A stretch of 64,000 nucleotides of DNA from Chrysomallon squamiferum. Taxonomy: Eukaryota > Animalia > Mollusca. A program made the translations under genes and the position numbers. Under the pieces are notes generated by a model that was given only the letters and a program-made list of their open reading frames with translations, ran no database searches and had not been told where the DNA came from. Below, one piece after another: positions 14,870 through 28,852 of the stretch (within the stretch, counting starts at the first letter, position 1; each line of letters begins with the position of its first letter). The DNA is taken from assembly GCA_012295275.1 (NCBI GenBank), contig CM022676.1, forward strand, positions 8,804,001 to 8,868,000, written 5' to 3'.

Positions 14870-15270
14870 TTGTGTAACCATGGACGACGGACCTTCGCAT
14901 CCCTCGCACCCCGTGAGTAGTGCTAATGGCTGTGACCATGAAAGCAGTAAGAAAATGGACTCGGCGATCTGCATAAATAATGAGCACGCGCACATCGCCT
15001 CACCGGTACCGGGTAAATTAATATGAATTGAAAACGAGACTCCGCTCGTTTCTGATCGACACACGTGGCGTATACCGGATTAAGAGAAATGCGTACACTG
15101 AATCATCCGACTGCGTAATACAGGCGTAAAGCAGGTCTCTTATCGCACTATATGTTGGTTTCCGTAAATAATCGGCTGGAAATGGAGGTCACGACCTCCG
15201 GAACCTGTGTTCGCGATGAATAAACGACAATGACCGAGTAAAATATGTCACGTGACTGCACTTCTTTGCT
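14870..15270. promoter_or_regulatory. CpG-rich non-coding island upstream of gene A, candidate promoter/first non-coding exon
   Basis: Locally GC/CpG-rich; palindromic E-box GTCACGTGAC at 15247-15256 and CCGGAA motif near 15198. The leader exon of A is preceded by a splice acceptor, implying an upstream UTR exon. Confidence 0.3.
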
Positions 15271-16309
15271 CATCTAGCACCACTGTTTAAGAAATTCCAT
15301 AAACAAATAAATAAATAAAAATCAAAATAAAATAACTAACTCACGAAATAAATAAATAAAGTAAATAAATAAATACAAAATAAATAAAATAATTTTTTTT
15401 GACAATTATGTCTAATTTTAAGCATAATTTTTTTTTCATTTTTTCTTATTTTTTCTTCACAGAATTGTCGTTTCTTTTTGCATAAATCTCAGCGAATTTT
15501 CAACAGAACCTTTAAAAATTTCCAGACAGACTTCATAACTGCATCTCCCCATTTTATAACAGTTTTGGAAAAACAACAAAATACCTCTATTTACCTTAAA
15601 AAAAATATGACTGCGTTTAATATAACAATTATGGAAATCAGATTTTAAGCTGCTGCTGAAACCATCCCAATGTGGGCCCCTTGATTTTAACTATTTTTTT
15701 AAAAATATGACTTTCAGCAAATATTTATATATAACAATAATGGAAAACAACATTTTAAGCAAACAACAACAACAACAAATAAAAAATAAAAATAAAAATA
15801 AACAAAATAAACCATCCCAATGTGGGCCCTTTCTGAAAATTAGTACAAGAAAAATAGGTGTCATGTTTTGTTTTGTAATTACAGATTCACATAATAACAT
15901 AACCTTGTATTAATTACTATTAATTACTTTTGTTTGCAAACAGCTGTTGTTTCCCGTATGTGAAAAAGCGAATTATGGTAAATTTCTCGTTTTAATTTGA
16001 GGCATTTAACTAATTATTAAGTACAAACATGTATAAGCTCTTGTCGAATATTGAATTCAAAGTCCTTTCGTTGATGGCGATTGCTGACACCTAGAAACCA
16101 AAACAATGAACGGCAAAACGTTATAGGTTGCCATCACGCCATCGAAGATTCTAGCTGGAAAACGTATATACCTTTAAAAATATCCTCTTCACTTAAAAAA
16201 ACAAACAAATAAATTAACTTATAATCTGCTCGACAAATTTTCTTCTCAAGGACGAAAACTGAGGTAACGTATTTATGAAAATCTTTACGCTGCAAATGAA
16301 ACTGTTTAC

Positions 16310-16540
16310 AAAATGGAGATGCTTTCCCGAAAGAAACGAGATATCTCGAGATTTTGCATCTCTTAATACGATAATATCCGATATGTCCCGAATGGTTTTA
16401 TCTTCGTCCACGGACTTTGTCAAAGATCTTTGAGAGAAAAATACGTCACTATTATATATTTAAATAGCATAGAGGAAAGCGGGGAAGGGATGGGGGGCGA
16501 ATGGGGGGCGCTTGGAAAACAACTGTAGATCGTTATATGC
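16310..16540. repeat. Dispersed repeat fragment related to 11003-11140, 22560-22665 and 41800-41900
   Basis: Shared motifs AAATGGAGAT...AACGAGAT..CTCGAGATTT.GCATCT and CGATAATATC(C/T)GA; family unidentified. Confidence 0.5.
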
Positions 16541-17032
16541 CAAATTTTGCTCCTGTGTATTAAAATTTAAAATAAATAAAATTATTTAACTAATTAATGA
16601 AAACTGAAATAAATGATTATTAATAGAAATTTATAATTAAATTTAAAATATTATCGTTTTTATTATTATCCTTAATGTTATTATTATTACTGTTATTTCT
16701 TTTTTCTTTTCTTTTCTTTTCAAGTTATATTGCTTTTCTGAGCTTTTTTATTTTATCATTCAATTATTTATATGTTTGTTTCCTTTCTAGCTTGGCTTTG
16801 ATTACATTGTTTATTCATTTATGTTTTTGTTTTTATTTAATGTTTTTATTTATTAAATTATTATTATTACCATCATCATCGTTTATTTTTGTTTATTTTT
16901 TGTTTTTGTCTTATATATACACACACATATATAATCATACATATTTATTTTCTTTAATTATTATTATTTTTTTGTTATATTCTTGTGACAAGTCATCCAA
17001 AACAAATCATTTTTAATTATTATTATTATTAA

Positions 17033-17095
<63 letters not shown>

Positions 17096-17343
17096 TACTG
17101 CCACATATATACGTTAAGTCATTATATATCAGAATAAAATAAATAAATAAATAAATAGTAAATAAATGATAATAATAAAAAGAGAAAGAAAAAACCGAAC
17201 GTGTTAATAATTAGAAAGAGAAATATTCAAATGATGAGGTGAATTATTTTAAAGCACATTTTCTAAAACAAACCAGTAGTAGTAATAGTAATAGTAGTAG
17301 TAGTAGTAGTAGTTGTTGTTGTTATGGCACAGTAATAATAATA

Positions 17344-17375
<32 letters not shown>

Positions 17376-18847
17376 CTAATTATTAATATAATAAATTACC
17401 TTTACCTTGACCTTGCATGACCTTCACCTATCATCGACCTGAAATGTATTCCAGATTATCAGGCATGTTTGAAAACCCTACAGCAGAGTCTAACACCATG
17501 AAAGTCGGTCAAGTATCTCTAGAGATAATCCATTTTATGCCTCTTCCATGAGTAGTGGCGGCCATCTTGGATTTTTGTTTAGTTCATATGCATAAGAAAT
17601 TAAATTAATCACTGTTTTACTTTCGGCATCACGTTCCTACGGGACTGTGAAATCCATACATGGCAGTCTACACTACATGAATCATTTATTATCAGCTGAA
17701 TGAAATTTGTCATTAACTGCTGTCGTAAGCGTTCAAAGTGAGGAATGTTTTCTTATTGTTACTGAAAAACTTTGAAACAAAACAGTTATATCATTCGAAG
17801 TAGTAGTAGCAGCAGCAGCAGCAGTAGTGGTAATAGTAGTAGTAGAAACAGAAGTGCTTGTAATAGCAGAAATAGTGGTAATAATAATAATAAACAAAAC
17901 ATATGCACACACAAAATAAAATAATTTTCAACGTCATTCATTTCTTTCAAAAACAATTTATTTATTTCATTTTTTTTAATTTTAACTGTAACAATCATTT
18001 TACTGACAAACCATCTTCAATTTCAAAGATCTAAAACAATATTCTCTATATAAATATTACGATTTTGTGTTTATTTATTTATTTATTTATTTTATTCTTT
18101 CAAGGTACATTTGAGATTAAACGTAAAACACGATTTTGTAATCTGTCAAGTTTATTTTTTTCTAATTTTCTAATGTTGACATTAAATGTGCCATAGGGCG
18201 TGTTATCCATACGGAATATGATTTTTTCCAGTAACATGAGCAATATTACTATTAAAGAATGTTAAACTATTAGGTTAATATTATCTTTTATATTAAGAAA
18301 ATATGAAAAAAAAAAAAGAATTAGCTTTGAATTACATATATATATACACACACATACACACATCCTGATACATATAATGCCACAAGAGTTAATTCTTTTG
18401 CTGTTTTTTTTCATATTTTCGAAAAACATTAATTGATATAACAGAATACTAACATTTGTTTGAAAACTAAAAACAAAAGTAAATATTTATAGCGAAAGGT
18501 TATAGATATTATACCAAATATATATTATGCTCAAAATATAAAGTGTAATTATGAATTTTACGTTCATGATTTTTTATTTATGTATGCATTTAGTTTGTCT
18601 TTCTCTTAGTTATGTATTTCAAATTTGTTTAAATTATTTTTCCCAGTAACATGGACAATATTACTATTACAGAATGTTAAACAATTAACTTAATATTATC
18701 TTTTATATTAAAACAAATATGAATAAAGGGTATAAATATATGTTCGTAGTGTGATTTTCTGTTTGTATTTTTTTTTGGGGGGGTTGTAGATTTGTAAAAA
18801 TAAGTGATAATAATGATAATAATTTTGATAATTATAATGATGATGAA

Positions 18848-18885
<38 letters not shown>

Positions 18886-18911
18886 GAAGATAATAATAAT
18901 AATAATAATAA

Positions 18912-18942
<31 letters not shown>

Positions 18943-19242
18943 AAGAAGAAAAAAATAATAACAACAGTAACAACAACATCAGTAATAGTAATAGTAATAG
19001 TAATAATAATAATAATCATAATAATAATAATAATAATAATAAAAAGCTGTATGAATAACAACAAAATGATGTTCTATAAATATTTGCAATGTTACAATTT
19101 GTCAGTGAACTGTAAACAAAGCAAACTTGACAACATGAGAAATCCATCAAAACTGGATCAAATCCATCAAAATTGGATCAATTTCATCAAAACTGGATCA
19201 ATTCCAATAGCAGACAATTCTGAAGAATACATCATTCCATGT

Positions 19243-19845
19243 TCACCAAGAAATTCTGATGCTAATTTGGTGCCAGCAGACGTTGATGAAGAAGAGAAAT
19301 CTAAAAAAGAAAAAACTGTTCATTATAATTTATCAAAAAGAAAATATTTGAGAGTAAACGTTAGTGAAATTAAGATGCCATTTTCTGCAGTTTTATTTGT
19401 ATTTATTTATTTATTATTATTGTTGTTGTTGTTGTTGTTATTGTTGTCGTTGTTGTTGTTATTATTATTATTATTACTATTTGCATGTGTGTATGTGTGT
19501 GTGTGTGTATTATCTGCATACTGAATAGAGAATGATACTGAAACAGACCCTAGCATAATATCAGATATGAATAAATAAGTTTGTTTATTCTTACGCGCAG
19601 GTTGTCAACAGAATATGAGATTGTGGCTGGACAGTGTCCGAGGTTACATCTAAAACAAACGAACAAACAAATAAATAAATAATTTAGGAAGAAATAAATT
19701 GGCTATTTGTAATCATCATCATTATCAATTTTCATCATTATTGACATTATGTGATCTAGCATATATATAGCTACAAATAATAAATTATACAGTGAAATGT
19801 ATTTTAACATATTTAGTGCTAAATAATAATAACAATTATAATAAC

Positions 19846-19884
<39 letters not shown>

Positions 19885-21605
19885 TACTTTAAAAATTATT
19901 TGTTTTGTCAAAGAATTTTGACAAAAACGTTACTGTTATAATTTCTGACATTAAAATATGACGTCACTGTATGCGAGGTGCTGTAATATATATATATATA
20001 TATATAAACTTGGAAATTAATAATTTGGTTTTATTTATTTATTTACTTATTTTGATTTTTATCTATTATCATTAAAGAGACCAAATGTTGAAATTAAACA
20101 CATAATAACACCGATTAAGTTAATATACAAGTGCGAAATTATTTTTGAAGTCTCAACATGTCTTCATGATTTAAGTCAGTAACAGTATAGAAATAAAACA
20201 ACTGAAATACAGTTGTGTTAGTCTGATTAGTTTCTGAAGAAGGATAATTACTGATTTAATTTCATAACGAACATAGCACTGAAGTGTCAATCACTAAGAT
20301 AATTATTGATATTCCAGGATATTAATAAATAAAAAAAGAAGAAGAAAAAGAGGAAATAATATGTAGTGAAATGAAGGTTTAGGGATAGGAAGCATATCTC
20401 CATAACAGCCATAAACAATATTGTTTTAAGCAGTATAGCAATAACGTCAACTAATTATAAGCCTATGGGGCATGGGGCGTACCATGGTAGATAAAAATAA
20501 ACAAACAAACAAACAAACAAACAAATAAATAACAATTAATAATACAACAACTAGATTAAATAACGTATCATCTATTGGGTGTTACGCAACGATGAAAACA
20601 ACAAAATTGTTTTGTTAATCAATATTAAACTAGCTCTAAAACGATAACACAACAGTTTATATATTTTAAAAGAAATTTTACAGAAAGAAATTGTGAAATT
20701 TTGGCTTCGTTGCTTGGATTCGGATTCAAGACACCACCACACACGCTCGACGTCTTCAGGAAGTTTTCCTATTCTTAGAACGTACGTTTTAACAGTTGAG
20801 CATGTGTCATTTGTTGTTGTGCCGCACTGAGCATCATGATTAGGGTAGACACTAGTTGCGTCACAGACTTTCAATTTCTGGAAGGCTGAACCGAAAGAGC
20901 CGAATTTATTTTCGAAACTAATAGCACCGGTAAAAACGTCAGCCTCTGAGACAGTGCATGTAAGTTCATAAGATTCGTTGAAGACAGCAATTGAAGGGTT
21001 GCCGGACATATCCAATTCAAAACCTGGAAGAACAGTTTTCGTTATTAGATTTTTATATCAAGACGAAAGCGTTGTCATTACTGTCACGATGGTCATCGTC
21101 ATCGTCATCATGAATATCCTCATCCTCATCAATACCACAATGACGAGACTGATCATCATAATGATCATGATTGCTTGCCTTCACTAATCAACATCATCAT
21201 CATCATCATCGTCATCATTAGCAGAATACTCGTCAACGTAATTATCATGACAACGCTGGTTGGCCATGATGGTATGATAATGATGATGATAATCTTCTTC
21301 ACTATAATCGTTATCATCTTAATCATCATAACGGGGTATAAGTAATTCTTTCTGTGTGTGTGTGTGTGTGTATTTGTGTGTGTGTGTGTGTGTGAACATA
21401 CAATTAAACCGGTAACACGAATATTATGTATATTTGAGTACAGACAATCCGCGTGCTTAAGCATTTTTGGAGCGACATGGGACCCACTGGGGAGACTGAT
21501 AAAGCGGTGTGTCTGTATCAGTACTACTACTATCACTACTACTGCTACTACTACTACTACTACTACTACTACCTCTACTACTGCTACTACTACTACTACT
21601 ACTAT

Positions 21606-21662
<57 letters not shown>

Positions 21663-21664
21663 CA

Positions 21665-21702
<38 letters not shown>

Positions 21703-21703
21703 G

Positions 21704-21744
<41 letters not shown>

Positions 21745-21997
21745 GTTCCGCAGGCGGAAGACGATGCTAGAAGATCACGAAGTCAATTTATGTATCTGTA
21801 TGTATGCATTTATGTATGTATATGTATGTATGTAGGTAGCTGGGTATGTATGTATGTATGTATGTATGTATGTATGTATGTATGTTATGCATTCGACCTT
21901 GTACGTAATTCATGAAGTACAAAGGTAAAAACTAACCGTCACAAACGCCGACAATTTGCAGAACTGTGAACAGAGACAAGAAAGTCTTCAAAGCCAT
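19243..21997 (-). CDS. Gene B: signal peptide + single Ig-like domain + hydrophobic tail, 171 aa; complement(join(21937..21997,20682..21023,19595..19649,19243..19300))
   Basis: GT/AG boundaries, phases 1,1,2, total 516 nt. Leader MALKTFLSLFTVLQIVGVCDG is homologous to the gene A leader (both 61-nt CDS, same GTTAGT donor); Ig exon FELDMSGNPS...LTC...CGTTTNDTCS...WWC; tail YVTSDTVQPQSHILLTTCAFLFFINVCWHQISIRISW*. Confidence 0.88.
21522..21743. repeat. (ACT)n tract in the leader-Ig intron of gene B (much shorter in B', 42667-42745)
   Basis: Direct reading and paralog comparison. Confidence 0.95.
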
Positions 21998-22062
21998 ACT
22001 TCTGGAAACTTTTCTAGTAGGAATATCGATAAAATAAAACTGTTGAGAAAATTTGTATACAC

Positions 22063-22111
<49 letters not shown>

Positions 22112-22335
22112 TTATTATTGTTATTCAATAATTTTCATTTGGAAATATTTAAAAAGGGTTAGTGAGATCGTTACACTTGTCACGTCATCTTAACCTTTTG
22201 ACTTCAAGATTCTCATTTTTGTTTTCACTATCAATTTTATATTTATAATAAATACCAAATTCAACAATACATGCAGTTATTTCAATTTGTTATTTAACAA
22301 AAACAACAATTAATAATAACAAGAACAAGATTAAC

Positions 22336-22366
<31 letters not shown>

Positions 22367-23399
22367 TAATATAGTATTTTATATCTAATATTACTGAAAC
22401 GAAAGACTTTCTGAATTAATGAATATAAAATTAAATATAAAACATTCATAAATACGTAAATAAATATAAATCTTTTTGTTTTAAATATTAGTTTATAAAC
22501 TGAACTGAAAAATGTAAGTAATTGAAACCTGTTCAATGAAAATATTTACCGAAGAAGAGAAAATCTATTCCAGATATCTTGTTCTCGTGAAAATACTAAT
22601 TCTTGAGATCTTCCGTTGATGTAAATAAAACCGATAATATCTGGATAATACCGAATGATTTCTAATAAAAATAGAGTTCAAGTACACCCACCCGAAAGCT
22701 GTCCCATTTAAAAGTGCATGCACCGACCTGCAGAACCAGTCAGTGACGTTACCGTAAATTGGATTTATTCTAAGTGAACTAGTCTTGCATCAAGTTTTAT
22801 TTTGGATATTAACATTTTGATGATGAGAAGAAGAAAGAAAAGAAGAAATACAGGAGTAATTATTATAGTCAAAAAAAAATTTCTTTTTTTTTTTTTTTTT
22901 TTTTTCTGCATAATCTTGTAAATTGAAAACATTTTTTTTTTTTTTTTTTTTTGTAATTGTTTGTATTAATTCCAAGTTCATTTTTCCAGGCTATCATGAC
23001 CTATTTAAAAATGGCCAAAGTGACATGTTGTAATATTTGACACAGTATTTTTAATTAGGTCTGTTGTTCGTTCTCAAAAGATTTGTTCTGATAGAGAAAT
23101 TGAATTATGTTTATGTAGTTAATACAAAAATCGAGATATTAAATGTAGACAATTTACGAACTATATTTTTAGATTATATTTACTGATTTTCTATGTTGCA
23201 TAGAAGTGAAAAGGCTTGAAGTGTATTTAGTGGTGCGAGCGTATGAAGACGGATAGCGTTCCCCAACATTTTAGTTTTCAGAGGTTAAGTTTATTAGCTA
23301 GACTTTGTGACGTTGTAGGAGTAAAATTATTTCTAATAATTATACTTGCGTACCTTGTTTAGCTCTCATAAACGACACACATACTAAGTTGGTCTCACC

Positions 23400-23463
<64 letters not shown>

Positions 23464-23969
23464 TAGTGGTTACTTAAGTTGTAACTAACTTTCTATGGGT
23501 ACGTCCAGTGGCGTGCGAAGGCATCCAAATGTGTAGAGAAAGCAATCCGAGAAAAGAACTTAATAAATTCGGTTGATTTATATTTAAATCTAATGAAGTA
23601 TTTATTTTATGTTTCATCTGTGTTTACATATTCAAAACCTCTTCCTTTCTCATAATATTTCTCAGTACTAGGCCTTATTCTTGAGTCGTTGGGGCATACA
23701 CTCAAGGCGTTGGCCCCGAGCATCCCCAGACCTCTGTATGCCTCTGGGGGGGCTTAGTCTCGCTTGCTAGATAGTCTCGATAAACAGATACATGTACACT
23801 AAAGTAGCTTTATTAACATGTCTACAGCCTATGGATGTTTCTTTATGAGATAGATTAACTGAGTCCAGGAAGATATCAATATTGTAGTTAAGTTCCAAAC
23901 TAGAGAAAAAAATGACAAAATGCGAAAAATATGCATGCATGCCTGAAGTGGTTCTTAAAAATAGTTGTC

Positions 23970-24022
<53 letters not shown>

Positions 24023-24223
24023 CAACAATAATCATAATAGAAATAATCATAATTGTAATAATAATTCTTATTATTAATTGATTCATTTAATTATTTGTTT
24101 ATTTGTTTGTTTGTTGTTGGTTTTTTGCTTGTGTGCTTGCTTGCTTTCTTGATTCCAAGTTTGTTTCTAAACAGTTGTTCTTCTTTAAGTATATTGCTTT
24201 TTATACAAGAACATTTTCAAGAA

Positions 24224-24278
24224 ATGACGTTCAGTAGAAACATCATTTTTTTTCTACTATGCTTTAGCACTTGCTCAG
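24224..24278 (+). pseudogene. Orphan type-C leader exon (MTFSRNIIFFLLCFSTCS), donor mutated GT>AT, no Ig exon follows
   Basis: Near-identical to leaders at 27208-27262 and 54616-54670; homology stops at ~24385; orientation is opposite to neighbouring genes. Confidence 0.8.
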
Positions 24279-25110
24279 ATAAAATCTGTTCTAGATAAAT
24301 TGTTCTTCATTTGTACTAAATTTATATATCAGTGGAACACGCACAGACAAGTTACTTTCGCATTTAATTCAGGAAATGAGCTAACTTTATTATTATTATT
24401 ATTAACAACAACTGTTTTCAAGAATCACTTGCGGCATTCATGCATATTTTTCGCATTTTCTGGAGTCAGTTAATCTTTCCCATTAACAAACATCCATAGT
24501 TAGATACTTCGAGTCAGTCAACAACTGAATTCAAAATACAACAAATAAAACACACAAAAAAATAAAAATAATAATAATTCCAATGATAAAAAAAAAAAAA
24601 AAAAAAATGCACAGATCTTTATAATAATTTCAAAATCTCCAGGTATGAAATATGTAACAAAGGAAGTGTATGCTCAGTATCATTATAATAAAGTTATTGA
24701 CTTTGTGGATGTGATCGCGTGTGCCAAAATGGGACGATATATTCTACCATTCCTCAACTGTAACACTAAAAAGTTGTTCAATGTTGTTAACAATGTTATT
24801 ATTTGAGGTTTTGGTTTTGGTGATATTCTGTGTATAAAGTATGTTAGTATTAATATTACTTAACAAAAATGTACTTATTCGTCTGAACTGTTTAACATAA
24901 AGTTGTGTGATGATGCAGAATTGTTACAAAAACAACAACAACAAAAATAAAAACAAATAAAAAAGTAAGAACACAAGATTTTTAAACAAACCTTTTTTTA
25001 TTTTTTCTAAACATTAAGAGTAATCATTACGTATAATATAGAACTATTAAATCCGAAATGGAGAGTTTGTAACTTAATACAGTATTATTAATAATAATAA
25101 TAAAGAAAAA

Positions 25111-25147
<37 letters not shown>

Positions 25148-25860
25148 CATAGTTATAAATAAATAATGCAAAAACAGTACAAACTACTGTAACGGAAAAA
25201 TGTTCAGTTAGGGTCCTTGATAGAATAAAAAAAAACTTTCAGTTAGAGACAGGATATCATCTAAGCAAAAAATATTATAATAATAAAACATTAAAATAGT
25301 ATCTATAATATCATCTCGTAAAAACTGTAATAATAAAAAATATCAATTTATTGTACATGATAGGACCTAAAAACAAACAAAGAAATAAATCAAAGGAAAT
25401 AAATAATATGAACAACATAAATGAAAGAGAAAAGAAAAATAAATAAATCTATAAATAAATAGATAGATAAACTATGAAGAAAGCTGAAATAATACAAATA
25501 AACTGAAATGAAACAAACACCTAAATAAATAATTAAAATACAAAAATAAAATAAAATAAAATAAAGTAAAATAAAATAAATAAATAAATAAATAAATAAA
25601 GAATAGTCTTTGAATTTATAAACAAGAGAATATAAATGATTTGAAAAATACAAGAAAGAAAAAAGCAAACTATATACATGTAACAATGTATCTTCATTTT
25701 CTGAACATTAGAACAAATTTTGAAACTGCAACAGGAATAATGTAAACAAATGTCCATCGAATATTACTTCAGTGGTGATTGTTGGTAAACCAGCTATGTG
25801 GATTAAGCTGACTAATCTACAAAACCAAAGATATAAATTAATTGCTATATCTATAATACA

Positions 25861-25934
<74 letters not shown>

Positions 25935-26054
25935 TGTGTGTGTGTGTGTGTGTGAAGCTGGAGAGATCTATATTATTAGATTCAAATCCAAATATTTAAT
26001 ATTTATTAATCATTGTAAATAAATAAATAAATAAATAAATATTATTTTCCTTAC

Positions 26055-26419
26055 ATGTAAATCATCGAATGACACGAAGCACTCTGTGACTAGATTTTTC
26101 TAATCTGACTAAAAAGAAAAATGTTTAAATTATTTTATTTTTATTATATTCTTCATTACTGAATTTGTTGTTATTATAAGTGGAAACTGAAACATTAGAT
26201 AAGCTGTAGGTCATGACATTTTAAAACTATTACTTAATATAAAACCAATGTTTTTACTTTTATCAAGAACCGCATACGTAATCTTGATAATAGCATTGTT
26301 ATTTATTAAATTCAATATTCTTAAAAATGACTACATATATGAACAAACACAAGATGCACACAAATGTAAACAAATTACAAAATACACGCAGTCTGGAACT
26401 TAGCGATATACATATACAT

Positions 26420-26465
<46 letters not shown>

Positions 26466-27262
26466 CATACACAAAAAATCTCACATTAAAACAGATAAAT
26501 ACAAATAAGTAGATAAACACACACACATAAAAAAAAAAAACGAACAGAAAAATCCGCACATATTGACACCCGCACTACATATATACACACACAACTCACG
26601 GACACACAAAATATTTTTTTGTTTCAGAACAAGCATCATCAGTTCCTTCTCCACAGACAGCTACGTAGCCACGAGGTAGATTGCCTTTGAATTCACACGA
26701 ATTGTATTTCTGATCAAATACACCAAGAACGTGTGCGGCAGCATAGATAAATGTCGAGCCACCCTCAAGAGGAGTTTCTGACTCAGTACACGTAACCGAA
26801 AAAGGCTGACTGGTTGTCACTGTCGGGACCGACTTAGTAAGAGACAGCTGTATTGCTGGAACAAAAGTTTAAGAAAGTAAAAGTGAAAACAAAATTTTTC
26901 TCTTTTATTTATAATATTGCTGGACAGGCGCTAATGTCCTGAACTATTTCCGAAAGTAGTTAATGTACAGAATTATTTGAGAAAGTAGTTAATGTACAGA
27001 ATTATTTGAAAAAGTAGTTAGTGTACTGAATTATTTGAGACACTACCTTATGTAGTAAATTATTTCACAAAGTAGCTGATGCACTGAATTATTTGAGAAA
27101 GTAAGCTAATTTCCTGAATTAAATGCGAAAGTAACTTGTCTGTGCGTGTTCCACTGATATATAAATTTGGTGCAAATGAGGAAGAATTTATCTAGAACAG
27201 ATTTTACCTGAGCAAGTGCTAAAGCATAGTAGAAAGAAAATGATGTTTCTACTGAACGCCAT
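26055..27262 (-). pseudogene. C1: type-C gene with a 123-bp deletion removing the C-terminal third of the Ig domain (WWC motif) and the splice donor
   Basis: Leader 27208-27262 intact; Ig exon starts at 26855; reading ...ACSETKKY joins directly to intronic FVCP* (74 vs 115 aa in the ORF track). Confidence 0.85.
26935..27125. repeat. ~29-bp minisatellite in the leader-Ig intron of C1; also 34335-34545, 39570-39720, 48255-48570, 54760-54940, 60405-60590
   Basis: Unit approximately CAAATAATTCTGTACATTAACTACTTTCT; copy number differs between paralogs. Confidence 0.9.
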
Positions 27263-27459
27263 TTCTTGAAAATGTTCTTGTACTAAAAGCAATATACCTA
27301 AAGAAGAACAATTTTTTAGAAACAAACTTGGAATCAAGAAAGCAAGCAAGCACACAAGCAAAAAACCAACAACAAACAAACAAACACATAATTAAATGAA
27401 TCAATTAATAATAAGAATTATTATTACTATTATGATTATTTCTATTATTATTATTGTTA

Positions 27460-27491
<32 letters not shown>

Positions 27492-28123
27492 GATAACTAT
27501 TTTTAAAAAACACTTCAGGCATGCATGCATATTTTTCGCATTTTATAATTTTTTTCTCTAGTTTGGAACTTAACTACAATATTAGTATCTTACTGGAATC
27601 AGTTAATCTACCTCATAAAGAAACATCAATAGGTACATACTTCAAATCAGTGAACAACAGAATTCCAAAATCCAGAAAAAAAACAATAAAAAAACGTTCC
27701 AAATGATAAAAAAAAAACACTAATCTTCACAGATATGTATAACAATATTAAATTCTCCAGATATAAAATATGTAAGAAAGCAAATGTCTCTTCAATATCT
27801 TTATAATAAAGTTGTTAGCTTTCTGGATGTCGTCTCCAGATATAATGCCAACACGTGACAATAGGATCTCGTATCTCAATTTGCTCGTAAATGAAATTAA
27901 TTTTCCCAACTGAAATTAATTGAAAAACCATTAATCCTTTCCAGCCCACCAAAATCCACCCCACTTTATATATATATATTTTTTTATTTGTAACGACGAC
28001 TTCGCCCACCATTCTGCAGCAGCGGCAGCAATATCCGCCACCCGTTTGTCTAGTCTGGCTGTCATACCATTGTTTTGCACTTTTGGTTTCACCAGTTCAC
28101 GTGTCTTGTCCTTTAAAAAAATA

Positions 28124-28852
28124 CAGTGGTACCTTTACTTAAGTGTTTAATTCGTTCTGTGACACAGCTCGTTTCTCAATTTGTTCGTATATCAAATTAA
28201 TTTTCCCAACTGAAATTAATTCAAATGCCATTAATCCGTTCCAGCTCCTCCAAATCCACCGCAATTTTTTAATTTTCTTTCTATTTGTAACGCGTTTTTA
28301 AATAAGAAAAATGTATGTATAAATGACAAATATTGTAAAAAAAAAAAAAAATAGAGACAAATAAATTCGTTTCGTAAAGTGTAGATATCTTTGATTTCAG
28401 ACAAATTATTTCAACGCCTTTGCCTGGAGTTACAGCCTTTATCGACTCCTTCAGCTTCGGTATGGTACACATCGTGGAAGTACTACGCTCGTTCTGCCAA
28501 GCCAAGTCACTCACATTTTCTATGAATTCAAGCTTTAATGCAATAAGATCATCCGATTCTTGTTCTCAGTACTGTCCTTTGCACTAATTTTCTTACGACC
28601 CATGGAAATTTGTGAAAATACTCCACATAACGCGAGCACAACACAACAGAGATACTTCCGCGGCGAGGAACCACGTGAAGTAAACGAGTGAGACGCGGGA
28701 TGCTGGCCGGATGTTACGTTGTTCGTTACGCCAATTAGCGGCGTCCTATCTGAAGGTCGCTCGTAACTCGGATTTAGGCCTACAACTCAAAGCAAAAATC
28801 TGCCCCGGCGACTGCTCTTAACTCGAAAAACTCGTAAGTTGAGGCAGTGGTA
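28124..28852 (-). mobile_element. Internally deleted pogo/Tigger-like DNA transposon
   Basis: TA+CAGTGGTACCTTTACTTAAG terminus at 28124 and CTCGTAAGTTGAGG at the other end; decayed frame MGRKKISAKDSTENKNRM...VSDLAWQNERSTSTMCTIPKLKESIKAVTPGKGV resembles the N-terminal HTH of Tigger/TIGD1-type transposases (recognised from memory, not searched). Confidence 0.8.

Larger units (their letters stand above)
17340..23830 (-). repeat. Left copy of ~6.5-kb inverted segmental duplication containing gene B
   Basis: Reverse complement aligns by eye with ~40620-46600 from end to end (e.g. 23781 TAAACAGATACATGTACAC vs 40654 GTGTACATGTATCTGTTTA; 17372 ATGACTAATTATTAATATA vs ~46553 TATATTAATAATTAGTCAT), with several indels. 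Confidence 0.95.

Noticed and set aside
19051-19524. 157-aa plus-strand ORF
   Set aside because: Antisense to gene B exon 4/3' UTR, runs into simple repeats, and is not kept open in the duplicate near 44.1-44.5 kb.
418-22981. Numerous ORF-track entries rich in poly-L/I/N/Y/T/V/S, (ER)n, (CV)n
   Set aside because: Translations of microsatellites and A/T tracts; no coding complexity or splice context.
23507-23750. hAT-like element starting CAGTGGCGTGCG
   Set aside because: No matching second TIR or 8-bp target duplication found.
26871-26892. ISRE-like AAAGTAAAAGTGAAAAC before C Ig exons
   Set aside because: Fully explained as the complement of the acceptor polypyrimidine tract.
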